Shown piece by piece: positions 27,954 through 37,493 of a stretch of 64,000 nucleotides of DNA (positions are counted from its first letter, which is position 1; every line of letters starts with the position of its first letter). Source of the DNA: Candidatus Chewarchaeum aethiopicum. GTDB lineage: Archaea > Halobacteriota > Halobacteria > Halobacteriales > Hikarchaeaceae. The notes under the pieces were generated by a model. The model was not told the DNA's origin. It searched no databases and was given only the letters and a program-made list of their open reading frames with translations. The DNA is taken from assembly GCA_034190395.1 (NCBI GenBank), contig JAXINS010000022.1, positions 42,260 through 106,259 of the forward strand, given 5' to 3'. Made by a program: the position numbers and the translations under genes.

Positions 27954-29096
27954 ATGGATTTCGATCTCCCATCGGAACACCGCATGATCCGGGACTCCGT
28001 CCGGGAGTTCTGTGAGGCCGAAATCGAGCCGATCGCCCAGGAAATCGAGAACGACCACCGTTTCCCCGGTGAGATCTTCGAGTCGCTGGCCGACCTAGAG
28101 GTCATGGGCGTGCCGATCGCCGAGGAGTACGGTGGGCTCGGCGGCGATCAGCTGATGTACGCCCTGGTCACCGAGGAGCTCGGTCGGGTCTCCGGCAGTA
28201 TCGGGCTCTCGTATGCGGCCCACGTGAGCCTGGGGGCCAAACCGATCGAGCTGTTCGGCACCGACGAGCAACGCGACCGCTGGCTCCGACCGCTGGCCGA
28301 GGGCGAGGGGATCGGCGCGTGGGCGCTCACCGAACCCGGTAGCGGTTCCGACGCAAGCAGCATGGACACGACCGCCGAACGGGACGGCGACGAGTGGGTG
28401 CTCAACGGTACCAAGCAGTTCATCACCAACGCCAGCGAGGCCCGTTCGATCCTCGTGAAGGCGGTCACCGATCCCAACGCCGGCTACGATGGCATCTCGA
28501 CGTTCATCGTCGATCCACGGAACGATCCCGGGTTCGAGGTGACGACGATCTGGGACAAGATGGGGCTGAACGCCTCCCCGACCTGTGAGATCAAGTTCGA
28601 TGACTGTCGGTTACCCGCCGATCGGCTCCTCGGCGAGGAAGGTGCGGGCTGGTCACAGACGCTCAAGACCCTCGATGGCGGGCGGATCTCGATCGGTGCC
28701 CTCTCGGTCGGGCTCGCCCAGGGGGCCTACGAGGCTGCCAAAGCGTATGCCGCCGACCGTGAGCAGTTCGGCCAACCGATCTCGGAGTTCGATGCGATCC
28801 GCAACAAGCTGGTCGATATGCACCGCAAGATCGAGCGCGCACGGCTATTGACCTATCGGGCTGCCACCCGCTATGACGCCGGCGAGGACGTCCGCAAGGA
28901 CAGTGCCCTGGCGAAACTCGATGCCTCCGAGGCCGCCCGAGAAGTCGCCGAGGACGCCGTTCAGGTTCTGGGAGGGTATGGCTACACCGAGGACTTCGCC
29001 CCCCAGCGGTTCTACCGGGACGCAAAGTTGATGGAGATCGGTGAGGGAACCTCCGAGATCCAACATCTCGTCATCGGCCGCGAACTCGGGCTCTAA
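27954..29096 (+). CDS. Acyl-CoA dehydrogenase
   Basis: ALTEPGSGSD, NG.K.FITN, R.QFG.PI and YRDAKL.EIGEGTSEIQ motifs. Confidence 0.95.
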   Translation: MDFDLPSEHRMIRDSVREFCEAEIEPIAQEIENDHRFPGEIFESLADLEVMGVPIAEEYGGLGGDQLMYALVTEELGRVSGSIGLSYAAHVSLGAKPIELFGTDEQRDRWLRPLAEGEGIGAWALTEPGSGSDASSMDTTAERDGDEWVLNGTKQFITNASEARSILVKAVTDPNAGYDGISTFIVDPRNDPGFEVTTIWDKMGLNASPTCEIKFDDCRLPADRLLGEEGAGWSQTLKTLDGGRISIGALSVGLAQGAYEAAKAYAADREQFGQPISEFDAIRNKLVDMHRKIERARLLTYRAATRYDAGEDVRKDSALAKLDASEAAREVAEDAVQVLGGYGYTEDFAPQRFYRDAKLMEIGEGTSEIQHLVIGRELGL

Positions 29097-29111
29097 CCGG
29101 GTCCGGTGGGC

Positions 29112-30506
29112 TTAGTATGCCCCGAGACGGCTCGTGTAATCGACGTGATCGGTCCGGCCCTGATATCGCGCCGCATAGTCGAGGATCTCCAGATCGGCAA
29201 ACGCACGGCCAGTGAACGTGATACCGGTCGGTAGCTCACGGTCGCCGAACCCATTCGGTATCGTGACCCCGGGTAACCCGGCGACGTTGGCCGCCGCGGC
29301 GATCGGGGGCAGTTCGTGTGGATCGCGGTATTCGGCAAACGGCGTATCGATCGGCGGCGCCACCGTCGCCAGCGACGGCGCCACGATGGCATCAACGGTG
29401 TCGAACAACTGATCGACGTCACGCTGGAGTTTCCTGCGGACCCGCATGGCGTTGATGTAATCCTTCGCGGGGATGGCTTGCTGGGCATAGCCGCCGACCC
29501 GATCGGCCGGCGCGGTGAGGTCCTCGATGTGGCCGGCTTCGACGAACGTATCGAAGGCCGCGGCCGCCTCGCCACCGATCAGCAGATCGGCGACTTCGTT
29601 GTATGGATACTCGGGGAGTTCGATGGGTTCGATCGTCGCAAAGTCCTCCAGCACCGCCAATGACTCCTCGTAATTACTTCCGACGGCCGGTTCGATGTCG
29701 GCCGTAACGTCCTCGAACACGCCAAGGGTGGGTTCGGCGGTCGGATCGGTGTCTAACGAACGATCGACCGTACTCGTATCCCGCGGGTCCGGGCCGGCAA
29801 TGGCTTCGAGGACCTGCTCACACCCGCGTGCAGTCCGACAGAGCGGGCCGATCTTGTCCATCGTCCATGAGAGCGCCATCGCCCCCGCACGGCTGACCGC
29901 CCCGTAGGTCGGTCGATGGCCGGCGACACCGTTGTAGCCTGCAGGCGTGATGATCGACCCCCAGGTCTCACTGCCGATCGCAAAGCCGACACAGCCGGCG
30001 GGCACTGCTGACCCGGGCCCTGAGGAGGAACCGCCGCTCCAGGCGTCGGGATCCCAGGCGTTCCGTCCCGGGCCGTTGAACGCGGCGTCGGCCTGTTCGT
30101 AGCCGAACCCACCGGCCAGCTCGACCGACGAGAGCTTCCCCAGGAGGACACCACCCGCCGCTTCGAGCCGCTCGACGACCGTGGCGTCTTCGTCAAAGGT
30201 CTGATCCTGTAACGGTGCGGCGCCCCAGGTGGTCGGATGGTCCTTGACCGACAGCAGATCCTTGACGCCAAACGGGATGCCATGGAGCGGACCGCGGTCG
30301 GTGCCGGCGTCGAACTCCTCGTCGAGCCGTTCGGCCTGCTGGCGGGCGCGCTCGCGGGTCACCGTGACGACCGCATTGAGTTCGGGGCCGACCCGTTCGA
30401 GCCGGTCGAGATATGCCTCGGTGAGTTCGACGACCGTCAGTCGATCATCACGAAGCGCCGTCCCGAGTGCCTCGATACTCCCGACAAGCAGCGACTCCTC
30501 AACCAT
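29112..30506 (-). CDS. Amidase signature family enzyme
   Basis: GPLHGIP.GVKD, GGSSSG and GSET.GSI catalytic triad motifs. Confidence 0.9.
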   Translation of the reverse strand: MVEESLLVGSIEALGTALRDDRLTVVELTEAYLDRLERVGPELNAVVTVTRERARQQAERLDEEFDAGTDRGPLHGIPFGVKDLLSVKDHPTTWGAAPLQDQTFDEDATVVERLEAAGGVLLGKLSSVELAGGFGYEQADAAFNGPGRNAWDPDAWSGGSSSGPGSAVPAGCVGFAIGSETWGSIITPAGYNGVAGHRPTYGAVSRAGAMALSWTMDKIGPLCRTARGCEQVLEAIAGPDPRDTSTVDRSLDTDPTAEPTLGVFEDVTADIEPAVGSNYEESLAVLEDFATIEPIELPEYPYNEVADLLIGGEAAAAFDTFVEAGHIEDLTAPADRVGGYAQQAIPAKDYINAMRVRRKLQRDVDQLFDTVDAIVAPSLATVAPPIDTPFAEYRDPHELPPIAAAANVAGLPGVTIPNGFGDRELPTGITFTGRAFADLEILDYAARYQGRTDHVDYTSRLGAY

Positions 30507-30735
30507 GGTTGGTCTCGTCTCCCCGGTAGACTTCGAAGTCGTACGTCGGTCCCTCACCGTTCTCGAGGGCGACGTCGCTGACGGCCTCACCGGCCTCGCG
30601 GTAGTCGGCGATCTTCTCACGGAGTTTCTCACGCCGATCCACATCCAACCTGTCGCCGTATTTGGCTTCGATGAACGTCGCTAATTCCTCCGTTCCCACT
30701 GGCTGTTCCGATTCATTCGGGTCCTCGGATGACAT
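30499..30735 (-). CDS. Small acidic protein overlapping the amidase start (GatC/AtzG-like partner?)
   Basis: 78 aa, helical, ending L.NG..P...F; stop overlaps the amidase ATG region. Confidence 0.65.
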   Translation of the reverse strand: MSSEDPNESEQPVGTEELATFIEAKYGDRLDVDRREKLREKIADYREAGEAVSDVALENGEGPTYDFEVYRGDETNHG

Positions 30736-30795
30736 GGACCGATGAAGAAGGGGCCCGTACCTAATGGTTCCGTGCCGCGGTCGACGGTGGTGTTT

Positions 30796-32424
30796 TCAGT
30801 AGCCGATCGCCAGCCCGTCTTTCCGGGGATCGGACCCACCGATCCGGACCCCGTCGTCGTCGATGTAGATCATCTGACCGCCGCCGAAATGGCCGAGATT
30901 GCCGTAGTACTCCTCCTCCGCTACGATCCGATGGCCGTAACCCCGGAGGGTTGCAACGACCGATTCGGGCATCCGCGAGGTTTCGATGGCAACTCGCCGG
31001 CCATCGAGCCACCGGAAGCGGGGAACATCCATCGCCGCCTGGGGATTCAGATCGGCGTCGACGAGGTTTCCTACGACCTGGAGGTGTCCCTGTGGTTGCA
31101 TACTGCCGCCCATCACGCCCCACGCTGCCCGGAATGTGTCGTCCTCGCGTAACATCGCCGGGATGATCGTGTGATACGGCCGTTTCCCCGGTTCGAGGGC
31201 GTTGTTGTGGTCCGGATCGAGGCTGAAGGAGTGCCCACGATTCTGTAGGGCGAAGCCAGCGGCCGTCAACCCGCTCCCGAAGTTCGCGTAGACGCTGTTG
31301 ATCAACGAGACAGCATTGCCGTCCTCGTCGACGACGGTCAGATAGATCGTGTCGTTCCCGTAGGCGCTCGCGCCGGGCGCATAGGTCCCGGCCCGCGACC
31401 CGATCGAAGCCGCTCGCTCGGCAGCGTAGTCCTTCGAGAGCATCGTCTCGAGGGGGATTTCCGCCATCGCCGGATCCGTGATGTATTCGGTTCCATCGGC
31501 GAATCCCAACTTGGTCGCCTCGATGAGGTGATGCAGCCGGTCCGGATGTGTGGGATCGTCGGGGAGATCGAACTGTTCGGCGATGTTGAGTGCGGTCAGT
31601 GCGATAGCCCCCTGGCCGTTGGGTGGGTGTTCGAGCACCTCCATCCCATGATAGGTCGTGCTGATGGGTTCGGTCCACTCGCCGGTATGGCTGGTCAGAT
31701 CGTCGAGGGTGAGCGTGCCGCCGTGTTCGCGGGCGGTTTCGACGACCGCCTCGCCGATCGGGCCGCCGTAAAACGCCTCGATGCCCTCGGCCCCGATCGT
31801 TTCGAAGGTCTCGGCGATCGTCGGGTTCGTCACGGTTTGGCCGGGATCGGGGGCGTCACCGTTGATGAGGAACGTGCGGGCGCTTTCCTCGTACTGGCTG
31901 AGGCGATCGACCGCGTTTTGCCACTGCCAGGCGATGTACTCGCTGACCGGAAATCCCTCGCGGGCGTACTCGATCGCCGGTTCGAGTACCGTCGCGAGAT
32001 CCAAGCGACCGTATCGATCGAGCAACCGTTGCCAGCCGTCGAGTGCCCCGGGGACTGTCACCGGCATGCCGCCCTCAACCGGCATCGCCGGTGTGCCGTC
32101 CGCCGTCGTCGCGTCGGTGCGGTCGCGATAGGTCTCGATATCCGCCGCCGCCGGTGCGCCCCCACTGCCGTTGAGGGCCTCGTATCGTTCGTCGAACTGG
32201 GTCAGCGCGAACATGTCTCCGCCGATCCCGGTCATGTTCGGTTCGACGACGTTCAATACGGCTGCGGTCGCGACGGCGGCATCCGCGGCGGTGCCGCCGT
32301 CCTCTAAGATCCGGAGTCCAGCGCGGGCGGCGAGGGGTTGGCTCGTGGCGACCATCCCGCCATGGGCCATTGTGGCCGATCGCCGGCCGGTAAACTGCCA
32401 GGGATACTCGAAGTCGGTTGCCAT
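30796..32424 (-). CDS. ggt: Gamma-glutamyltransferase family (Ntn hydrolase)
   Basis: VATSQPLA, G.GGD.F, VPG, nucleophile D-T-IY, KRP.HTI.P and GG.MQPQG motifs. Confidence 0.92.
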   Translation of the reverse strand: MATDFEYPWQFTGRRSATMAHGGMVATSQPLAARAGLRILEDGGTAADAAVATAAVLNVVEPNMTGIGGDMFALTQFDERYEALNGSGGAPAAADIETYRDRTDATTADGTPAMPVEGGMPVTVPGALDGWQRLLDRYGRLDLATVLEPAIEYAREGFPVSEYIAWQWQNAVDRLSQYEESARTFLINGDAPDPGQTVTNPTIAETFETIGAEGIEAFYGGPIGEAVVETAREHGGTLTLDDLTSHTGEWTEPISTTYHGMEVLEHPPNGQGAIALTALNIAEQFDLPDDPTHPDRLHHLIEATKLGFADGTEYITDPAMAEIPLETMLSKDYAAERAASIGSRAGTYAPGASAYGNDTIYLTVVDEDGNAVSLINSVYANFGSGLTAAGFALQNRGHSFSLDPDHNNALEPGKRPYHTIIPAMLREDDTFRAAWGVMGGSMQPQGHLQVVGNLVDADLNPQAAMDVPRFRWLDGRRVAIETSRMPESVVATLRGYGHRIVAEEEYYGNLGHFGGGQMIYIDDDGVRIGGSDPRKDGLAIGY

Positions 32425-32561
32425 GGCTTTATCGAGGGGCCGCAGCGCTCTTGAAGGTATGCGTCACCGGCGACGATTGCCTCTCCATTCGATGAGCCCG
32501 GATCAAGCAATTACGGCGTAGTCGGCTGTCGTCGCGTGGAACAAGATCGATCGGTTCGGAT

Positions 32562-33815
32562 TCAGGGCCAGTTGCCGCCTTCCTGATAGGCGCCGACGAC
32601 CCGCTGGATCGCGACGACGTAAGCGGCCGTCCGGAGGTTCGGCGTGTCCTTGTTCTCGAACGCCGAGACGAGGTCATCGAACGCCGACACGATGATCCGC
32701 TCGAGTTCCTCGTTGACGCGTTCTTCGGTCCAGTAGAAGCGCTGGCGGTTCTGGACCCACTCGAAGTACGACACCGTGACGCCACCGGCGTTGGCGAGGA
32801 TGTCCGGCACCACATGGACATCCCGTTCGGTGAGGATATCGTCGGCCTCGGGGGTCAGCGGCCCGTTGGCCGCCTCGACGATCACGTCGGCCTGGACGTC
32901 GGTGGCGAGGTCGCCATCGATCGCGTTCTCGAGCGCTGCCGGCACCAGCAGATCGACATCGAGGGTGAGCAGTTCGTCGTTGGTCAGCTGTTCGGTGTCA
33001 TCGTATCCGACTACGCTGCCGGTTTCGGTCTTATAGTCCTTGGCGGCGACCGCATCGAGGCCGTCGGGATCGTAAGCGGCGCCGCTGGAGTCGCTGACGG
33101 CGACGATGTTGGCGCCGAGATCCTCGATCAATTCGGCGGCGACCGACCCGGCGTTGCCATAGCCCTGGACCGCGACGGTGGCGTCGGTCATGTCCTTATC
33201 GAGGTACTCGAAGATCTCCCGGGCGGCGAACATCGTCGAGCGCCCCGTCGCCTCGACACGACCGGCCGAGCCCCCGGAGTCGATCGCCTTTCCGGTGATC
33301 ACCCCGGGTGCAGTGGTGTTCTCAAGGGTCTCGTATGTGTCTTTGATCCAGTTCATCTCCTGTTGGCCGGTGTTAACGTCCGGGGCCGGGATATCCTGGT
33401 TCTCGCCGATGATCGGCCGCAGTTCCTTGGCGAACGAGCGGGTGATCCGCTCGAGTTCACTCTCGGAGTACTCAGCAGGGTCGATCGCGATTCCACCCTT
33501 GCCACCGCCGTAGGGGATATCGACGACGGCGGTTTTGTACACCATCCAGCCCGAGAGGGCTTTCACCTCATCGCGGTTGACACCCGGATGGTACCGGATG
33601 CCGCCCTTGTAGGGTCCGCGATCGCCGTTGAACTGCGACCGGAACGCTTTGACGACGTCGATCGAACCGTCGTCCATCTCGACTGAGAGGTTGGTTTCGA
33701 GGACTCGTTCAGGGTGTTTGAGGCGCGCGAGGACGTCAGGGCCGACATCGAGAAACGCTGCGGCGTCGTCGATCTGTTCCTGCAGGCTCTCGAATGGGTT
33801 CGTCTCGTCGCTCAT
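32562..33815 (-). CDS. gdhB: Glutamate dehydrogenase (Glu/Leu/Phe/Val DH family)
   Basis: [37 protein letters not shown] and [12 protein letters not shown] motifs. Confidence 0.9.
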   Translation of the reverse strand: MSDETNPFESLQEQIDDAAAFLDVGPDVLARLKHPERVLETNLSVEMDDGSIDVVKAFRSQFNGDRGPYKGGIRYHPGVNRDEVKALSGWMVYKTAVVDIPYGGGKGGIAIDPAEYSESELERITRSFAKELRPIIGENQDIPAPDVNTGQQEMNWIKDTYETLENTTAPGVITGKAIDSGGSAGRVEATGRSTMFAAREIFEYLDKDMTDATVAVQGYGNAGSVAAELIEDLGANIVAVSDSSGAAYDPDGLDAVAAKDYKTETGSVVGYDDTEQLTNDELLTLDVDLLVPAALENAIDGDLATDVQADVIVEAANGPLTPEADDILTERDVHVVPDILANAGGVTVSYFEWVQNRQRFYWTEERVNEELERIIVSAFDDLVSAFENKDTPNLRTAAYVVAIQRVVGAYQEGGNWP

Positions 33816-33901
33816 ACCCTGGATCAACTAGGCACCCGGAATTAAACATGCCGAAACAATAAGCATCAGCCGACTTATCGTCCGGTAGTCGTCACCATTC
33901 C

Positions 33902-34753
33902 TCAGAGCCGATCGGCGGCCTCGGCCCGTTCGATGATCCGTTCGGCCTGGGTGAGCAGCGGTTGATCGATCATCTCGCCATCGACCGAGAAGACGCCCGA
34001 TTCCTGGCCCGCTTGTCGGTCCCGGGCCGCGAGCACGCGTTGGGCCCACTCGATCTCCTCGGCTGCCGGGGTGAACGCGTCATTGATCGGGTCGACCTGG
34101 GCCGGATGGATCGCCAGTTTGCCATCGTAGCCCAGCTGGGCGGCGAATTCGACGTCCGCGGCGAGGCGGTCGGTGTCCTCGAAATCGCTCTGGATGGTAT
34201 CGATCGCGTCGACATCGGCCGCACTGGCGGCGAGCACGACTTCCTGTCGGGCGACGAGGACTTCCGTCCCGTCTTTGGTCCGGGTCGCCCCGGTATCGGC
34301 TGCCAGATCCTCGGCACCGAAAACCAACGCATCCGTCGGTTCGGCGTCGGCGATTTCGCTGGCGTTGAGCACCCCACGGGCGGTCTCGATGATCGCAATG
34401 ATCGGGAGCTGTCGTCCGTGTTCCTCGAGGAGATCGGCGAGCGTCCGGATCGCGTTTGGACCATCGACCTTCGGTAGCATGACACTGTCCAGCCGGGCCT
34501 CCGGGGCGAGTATCGCTTCTAAGTCGTCGTCGGCGGCGATCCCGGTGGGATTCACCCGGACACACACCTCACAGTCGGGATCGAACGACGGATCCGTCAG
34601 GACGGCCCTGACGGTTTCCCGGGCGTTCTGTTTTCGGCCGGGCGTGACGGCGTCCTCGAGATCGAACACGACGACATCAGCCCCGGCGGTGGGTGCCTTT
34701 CGCAGCATCGCGTCCTGATCGCCCGGGGAAAACAGCATACAGCGACGAACCAT
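33902..34753 (-). CDS. CitE-like CoA-ester lyase (citryl/malyl/HMG-CoA lyase family)
   Basis: LF.PG, DLEDAV, VRVN, LPK, IET, FGAEDL, GK..IHP.Q and GEMID motifs. Confidence 0.9.
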   Translation of the reverse strand: MVRRCMLFSPGDQDAMLRKAPTAGADVVVFDLEDAVTPGRKQNARETVRAVLTDPSFDPDCEVCVRVNPTGIAADDDLEAILAPEARLDSVMLPKVDGPNAIRTLADLLEEHGRQLPIIAIIETARGVLNASEIADAEPTDALVFGAEDLAADTGATRTKDGTEVLVARQEVVLAASAADVDAIDTIQSDFEDTDRLAADVEFAAQLGYDGKLAIHPAQVDPINDAFTPAAEEIEWAQRVLAARDRQAGQESGVFSVDGEMIDQPLLTQAERIIERAEAADRL

Positions 34754-35160
34754 GTTCTCATTCAGTATCGCCGCCCGTTTCAGTCTAGGTGCATAGTGAG
34801 TGTGGGTTCACACACGGAGAACCGTGCAGGTGTGGAGTTTGTGTGGCCGGTGTGTCGAAAAAGGATTACGCAGCGACTAAACACCGTTCGAAACATCGGC
34901 TGATCGTTTCTCCAGTATTACCTCACGTCTGGTGGTGGCCGGGCCAGGGTCAACTGACCCACACATCAGGGCCGCTGAACGCGACGGTCGCTATTGATCG
35001 ATCGTCTTGGGCGAGTAGAGCCGGAGTTTACAAGCCTGTGGGGCGCGACCGGAGCCGGTTCCCCCCCCACGATACCAGTGATATGTACCGTCGATCGATC
35101 GTCGGCTTTGTCGTCCATCGATCGGCCACATTGTAGTATGATTGGAACCATCGTACGGCT

Positions 35161-35622
35161 ATGACGGGACGCTACTACGAAGAATTCGAGCCCGGCGAGA
35201 CGATCACCCACGACAAACGCCGAACGGTCACCGAACGCGACAACCAACAGTTCTGTGATATGACGATGAACCAACAGCCGCTCCATCTCGACGCCGAGTT
35301 CGCCGCCGACACGCAGTTTGGCGAACGACTCGTTAACGGTCTCTATACGATGAGCCTGGCCGTCGGCCTGACGATCCCTGAAACCACCGACGGGACGATC
35401 GTTGCAAACCTCTCCTATGATAACGTCGAACATCCGGCACCGGTCTTTCACGGCGACACGATCCACGCCCAGTCGACGGTAACGGACAAACGTGAGACAT
35501 CGGACGGCGATCGTGGGATCGTCACGATGCACGTCGAGGTATTCAATCAGGATAACGAGCTGGTTTGTGAGTTCGATCGAACCGTTCTCTCGTTGAAACG
35601 GGGCGATAGCGGAACTGATTGA
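35161..35622 (+). CDS. MaoC family (R)-specific enoyl-CoA hydratase
   Basis: G.YYEEF, RTVTE.DN, N.QPLH.D and PVFHGDT motifs. Confidence 0.92.
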   Translation: MTGRYYEEFEPGETITHDKRRTVTERDNQQFCDMTMNQQPLHLDAEFAADTQFGERLVNGLYTMSLAVGLTIPETTDGTIVANLSYDNVEHPAPVFHGDTIHAQSTVTDKRETSDGDRGIVTMHVEVFNQDNELVCEFDRTVLSLKRGDSGTD

Positions 35623-35922
35623 GAACCATCGTTCCCTTGTCGCCATCGACTCGGCTCGTCCTGTCTATTTCTTCGGCAACGATCAAGCCTGATCCATGAG
35701 AATCCGGTTTAAGCCGTGATTAACTAACCGACGTCTCGCCCCGACGTCAACACGGATGTCACAATCGGTCGGGGGACCGATACTCGCAACGACGAGCCTC
35801 CCAGTATCGGGACAGTGGCACGGCCGAGCGAACAGCATCGCCATCTATCGGGTGTCGTCCTTTCTTTTGGTGGTCAAATCGGTTGCTATCGATCCCCTGT
35901 TGATCACGCGTGGGGCCGTTAT

Positions 35923-37437
35923 ATGAGCCGCGAGTCGACGGTGCTTGCGGTGATCAGTTTCATGATTGTCGGTACTTTCGGGATCCTCTATTTGTTGCTC
36001 CCGCCGGGTTTATTTTTACTCTGTGCTCTCACCGGGATTGGTGCGAGCCTCTGTAGCCTGGTCCCGGTCGTTTCGACCCGGTTGCGCGACCGACCGACCG
36101 TCATCCGTCTTGGATTCCTTTCGTTTCTGTTCGTCCTAATTATCCCCGGCGCTTATGCATGGCTCAGGGCGGATTCGGCGGTGTCTGTGATCCCCGTCTT
36201 TTCGATCGTCCTGCTCGTGGCGCTCGCGTTCGTTTTCTATTATTATTCGCTGTTCCTCCCGCTTGCGCTGCTCTCACTCCGGGCTCGCTCCCGTGGGGCC
36301 GCAAGCGAGATCAATCTCGATCCAGATACCTCGTTTCCACGACTTACGATCGTCGTCCCCGCGTACAACGAAGAGTCGTGTATCGGTGCCTCGATCGACG
36401 CGCTCAAGCGGACAGCCTATCCCGATGGTCGCAAGGAAATCATCGTCGTTGATGACGGCAGTACTGACGCCACCTACGACGTGGCGATGGAACACGCCGA
36501 CGAGACGGTAGCCGTTCTCCAGAAACAAAACGGGGGCAAGCATACGGCACTCAACTACGGGCTTGCGCGCGCGACGGGGGAGATCGTCGTCACGGTCGAT
36601 GCCGATAGTTTGCTCGCTTCCGCCAGCCTCCTGCGGATCGTCGCGTCGTTTCAAAACGCGCCGGAAGTGGGCGCCGTCGCGGGCGACCTTCGCGTGATCA
36701 ATCGGGGACGGCTGTTGACCGAGCTTCAGGAACTCGAGTACATCATCGGCATTCAACTGTTCCGACAGGCCCTCGATCGGATGGCGACGGTGGTGGTTAT
36801 TCCGGGGGCGTTCGGGGCCTATCGACGCTCGATTCTCGAGGACGTCGGCCGATTCGATGGTGATACCCTCACCGAGGATCGTGACGCGACGGTGAAGATT
36901 CTCAAAGCCGGTTACGAAACGCGGGCGATCGATGCGATCTGCTATACAGAGGCGCCGGAGACTTGGATGGATCTGTACAACCAACGGTTACGGTGGTATC
37001 GGGGCAGTGTCCAGACGTTACTGAAACACCGAGACGTCTTTCGGCGACCGGATTTCGGCTTCCTCCATAGTTTTGCGTTCCCGATCGAGTTGCTCTCGAC
37101 GGTGTTCGTTCCGATCGCAGGGATCGTGATCGTGATCTCGATCGGGCTCGAATTGCTGTTCGGGTCCGTCGTTCGGGTCGTCACACTGTTCTCGTTTTTC
37201 GCTCTACTGCAGGTGTTGATCGCGCTGTTGGCCGTCCGTGCCAGCCGGAATGATCTCCGACTTATCGTACTCGGACCATTGTTCGTCATCGGTTACCGAC
37301 AGTTCCTCGATGTCGTGATGCTCAAAAGCCTCTTTGACGTCCTTAGTAACAGAGAGCTCTCCTGGACCAGTCCACGTCGCACCGGGCGGCTCGGCGAGCC
37401 CACTACCCGATCGGAGGCGGAACCGGACACGGACTGA
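35923..37437 (+). CDS. Processive membrane glycosyltransferase family 2 (PgaC/cellulose-synthase-like)
   Basis: VPAYNE, DDGS.D, GK..ALN, DAD, TED and QRLRW motifs; TM helices at both ends. Confidence 0.9.
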   Translation: MSRESTVLAVISFMIVGTFGILYLLLPPGLFLLCALTGIGASLCSLVPVVSTRLRDRPTVIRLGFLSFLFVLIIPGAYAWLRADSAVSVIPVFSIVLLVALAFVFYYYSLFLPLALLSLRARSRGAASEINLDPDTSFPRLTIVVPAYNEESCIGASIDALKRTAYPDGRKEIIVVDDGSTDATYDVAMEHADETVAVLQKQNGGKHTALNYGLARATGEIVVTVDADSLLASASLLRIVASFQNAPEVGAVAGDLRVINRGRLLTELQELEYIIGIQLFRQALDRMATVVVIPGAFGAYRRSILEDVGRFDGDTLTEDRDATVKILKAGYETRAIDAICYTEAPETWMDLYNQRLRWYRGSVQTLLKHRDVFRRPDFGFLHSFAFPIELLSTVFVPIAGIVIVISIGLELLFGSVVRVVTLFSFFALLQVLIALLAVRASRNDLRLIVLGPLFVIGYRQFLDVVMLKSLFDVLSNRELSWTSPRRTGRLGEPTTRSEAEPDTD

Positions 37438-37493
37438 GACGATCCACTCGAACGGTCTAGACCACGCTCTGTATCTCCGGTGATCCCCGCTGC

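Noticed and set aside
29112-30735. gatC-gatA of the tRNA-dependent amidotransferase
   Set aside because: The amidase has GSETWGSI rather than the GatA-type SDTGGSIR, no gatB is nearby, and the context is catabolic.
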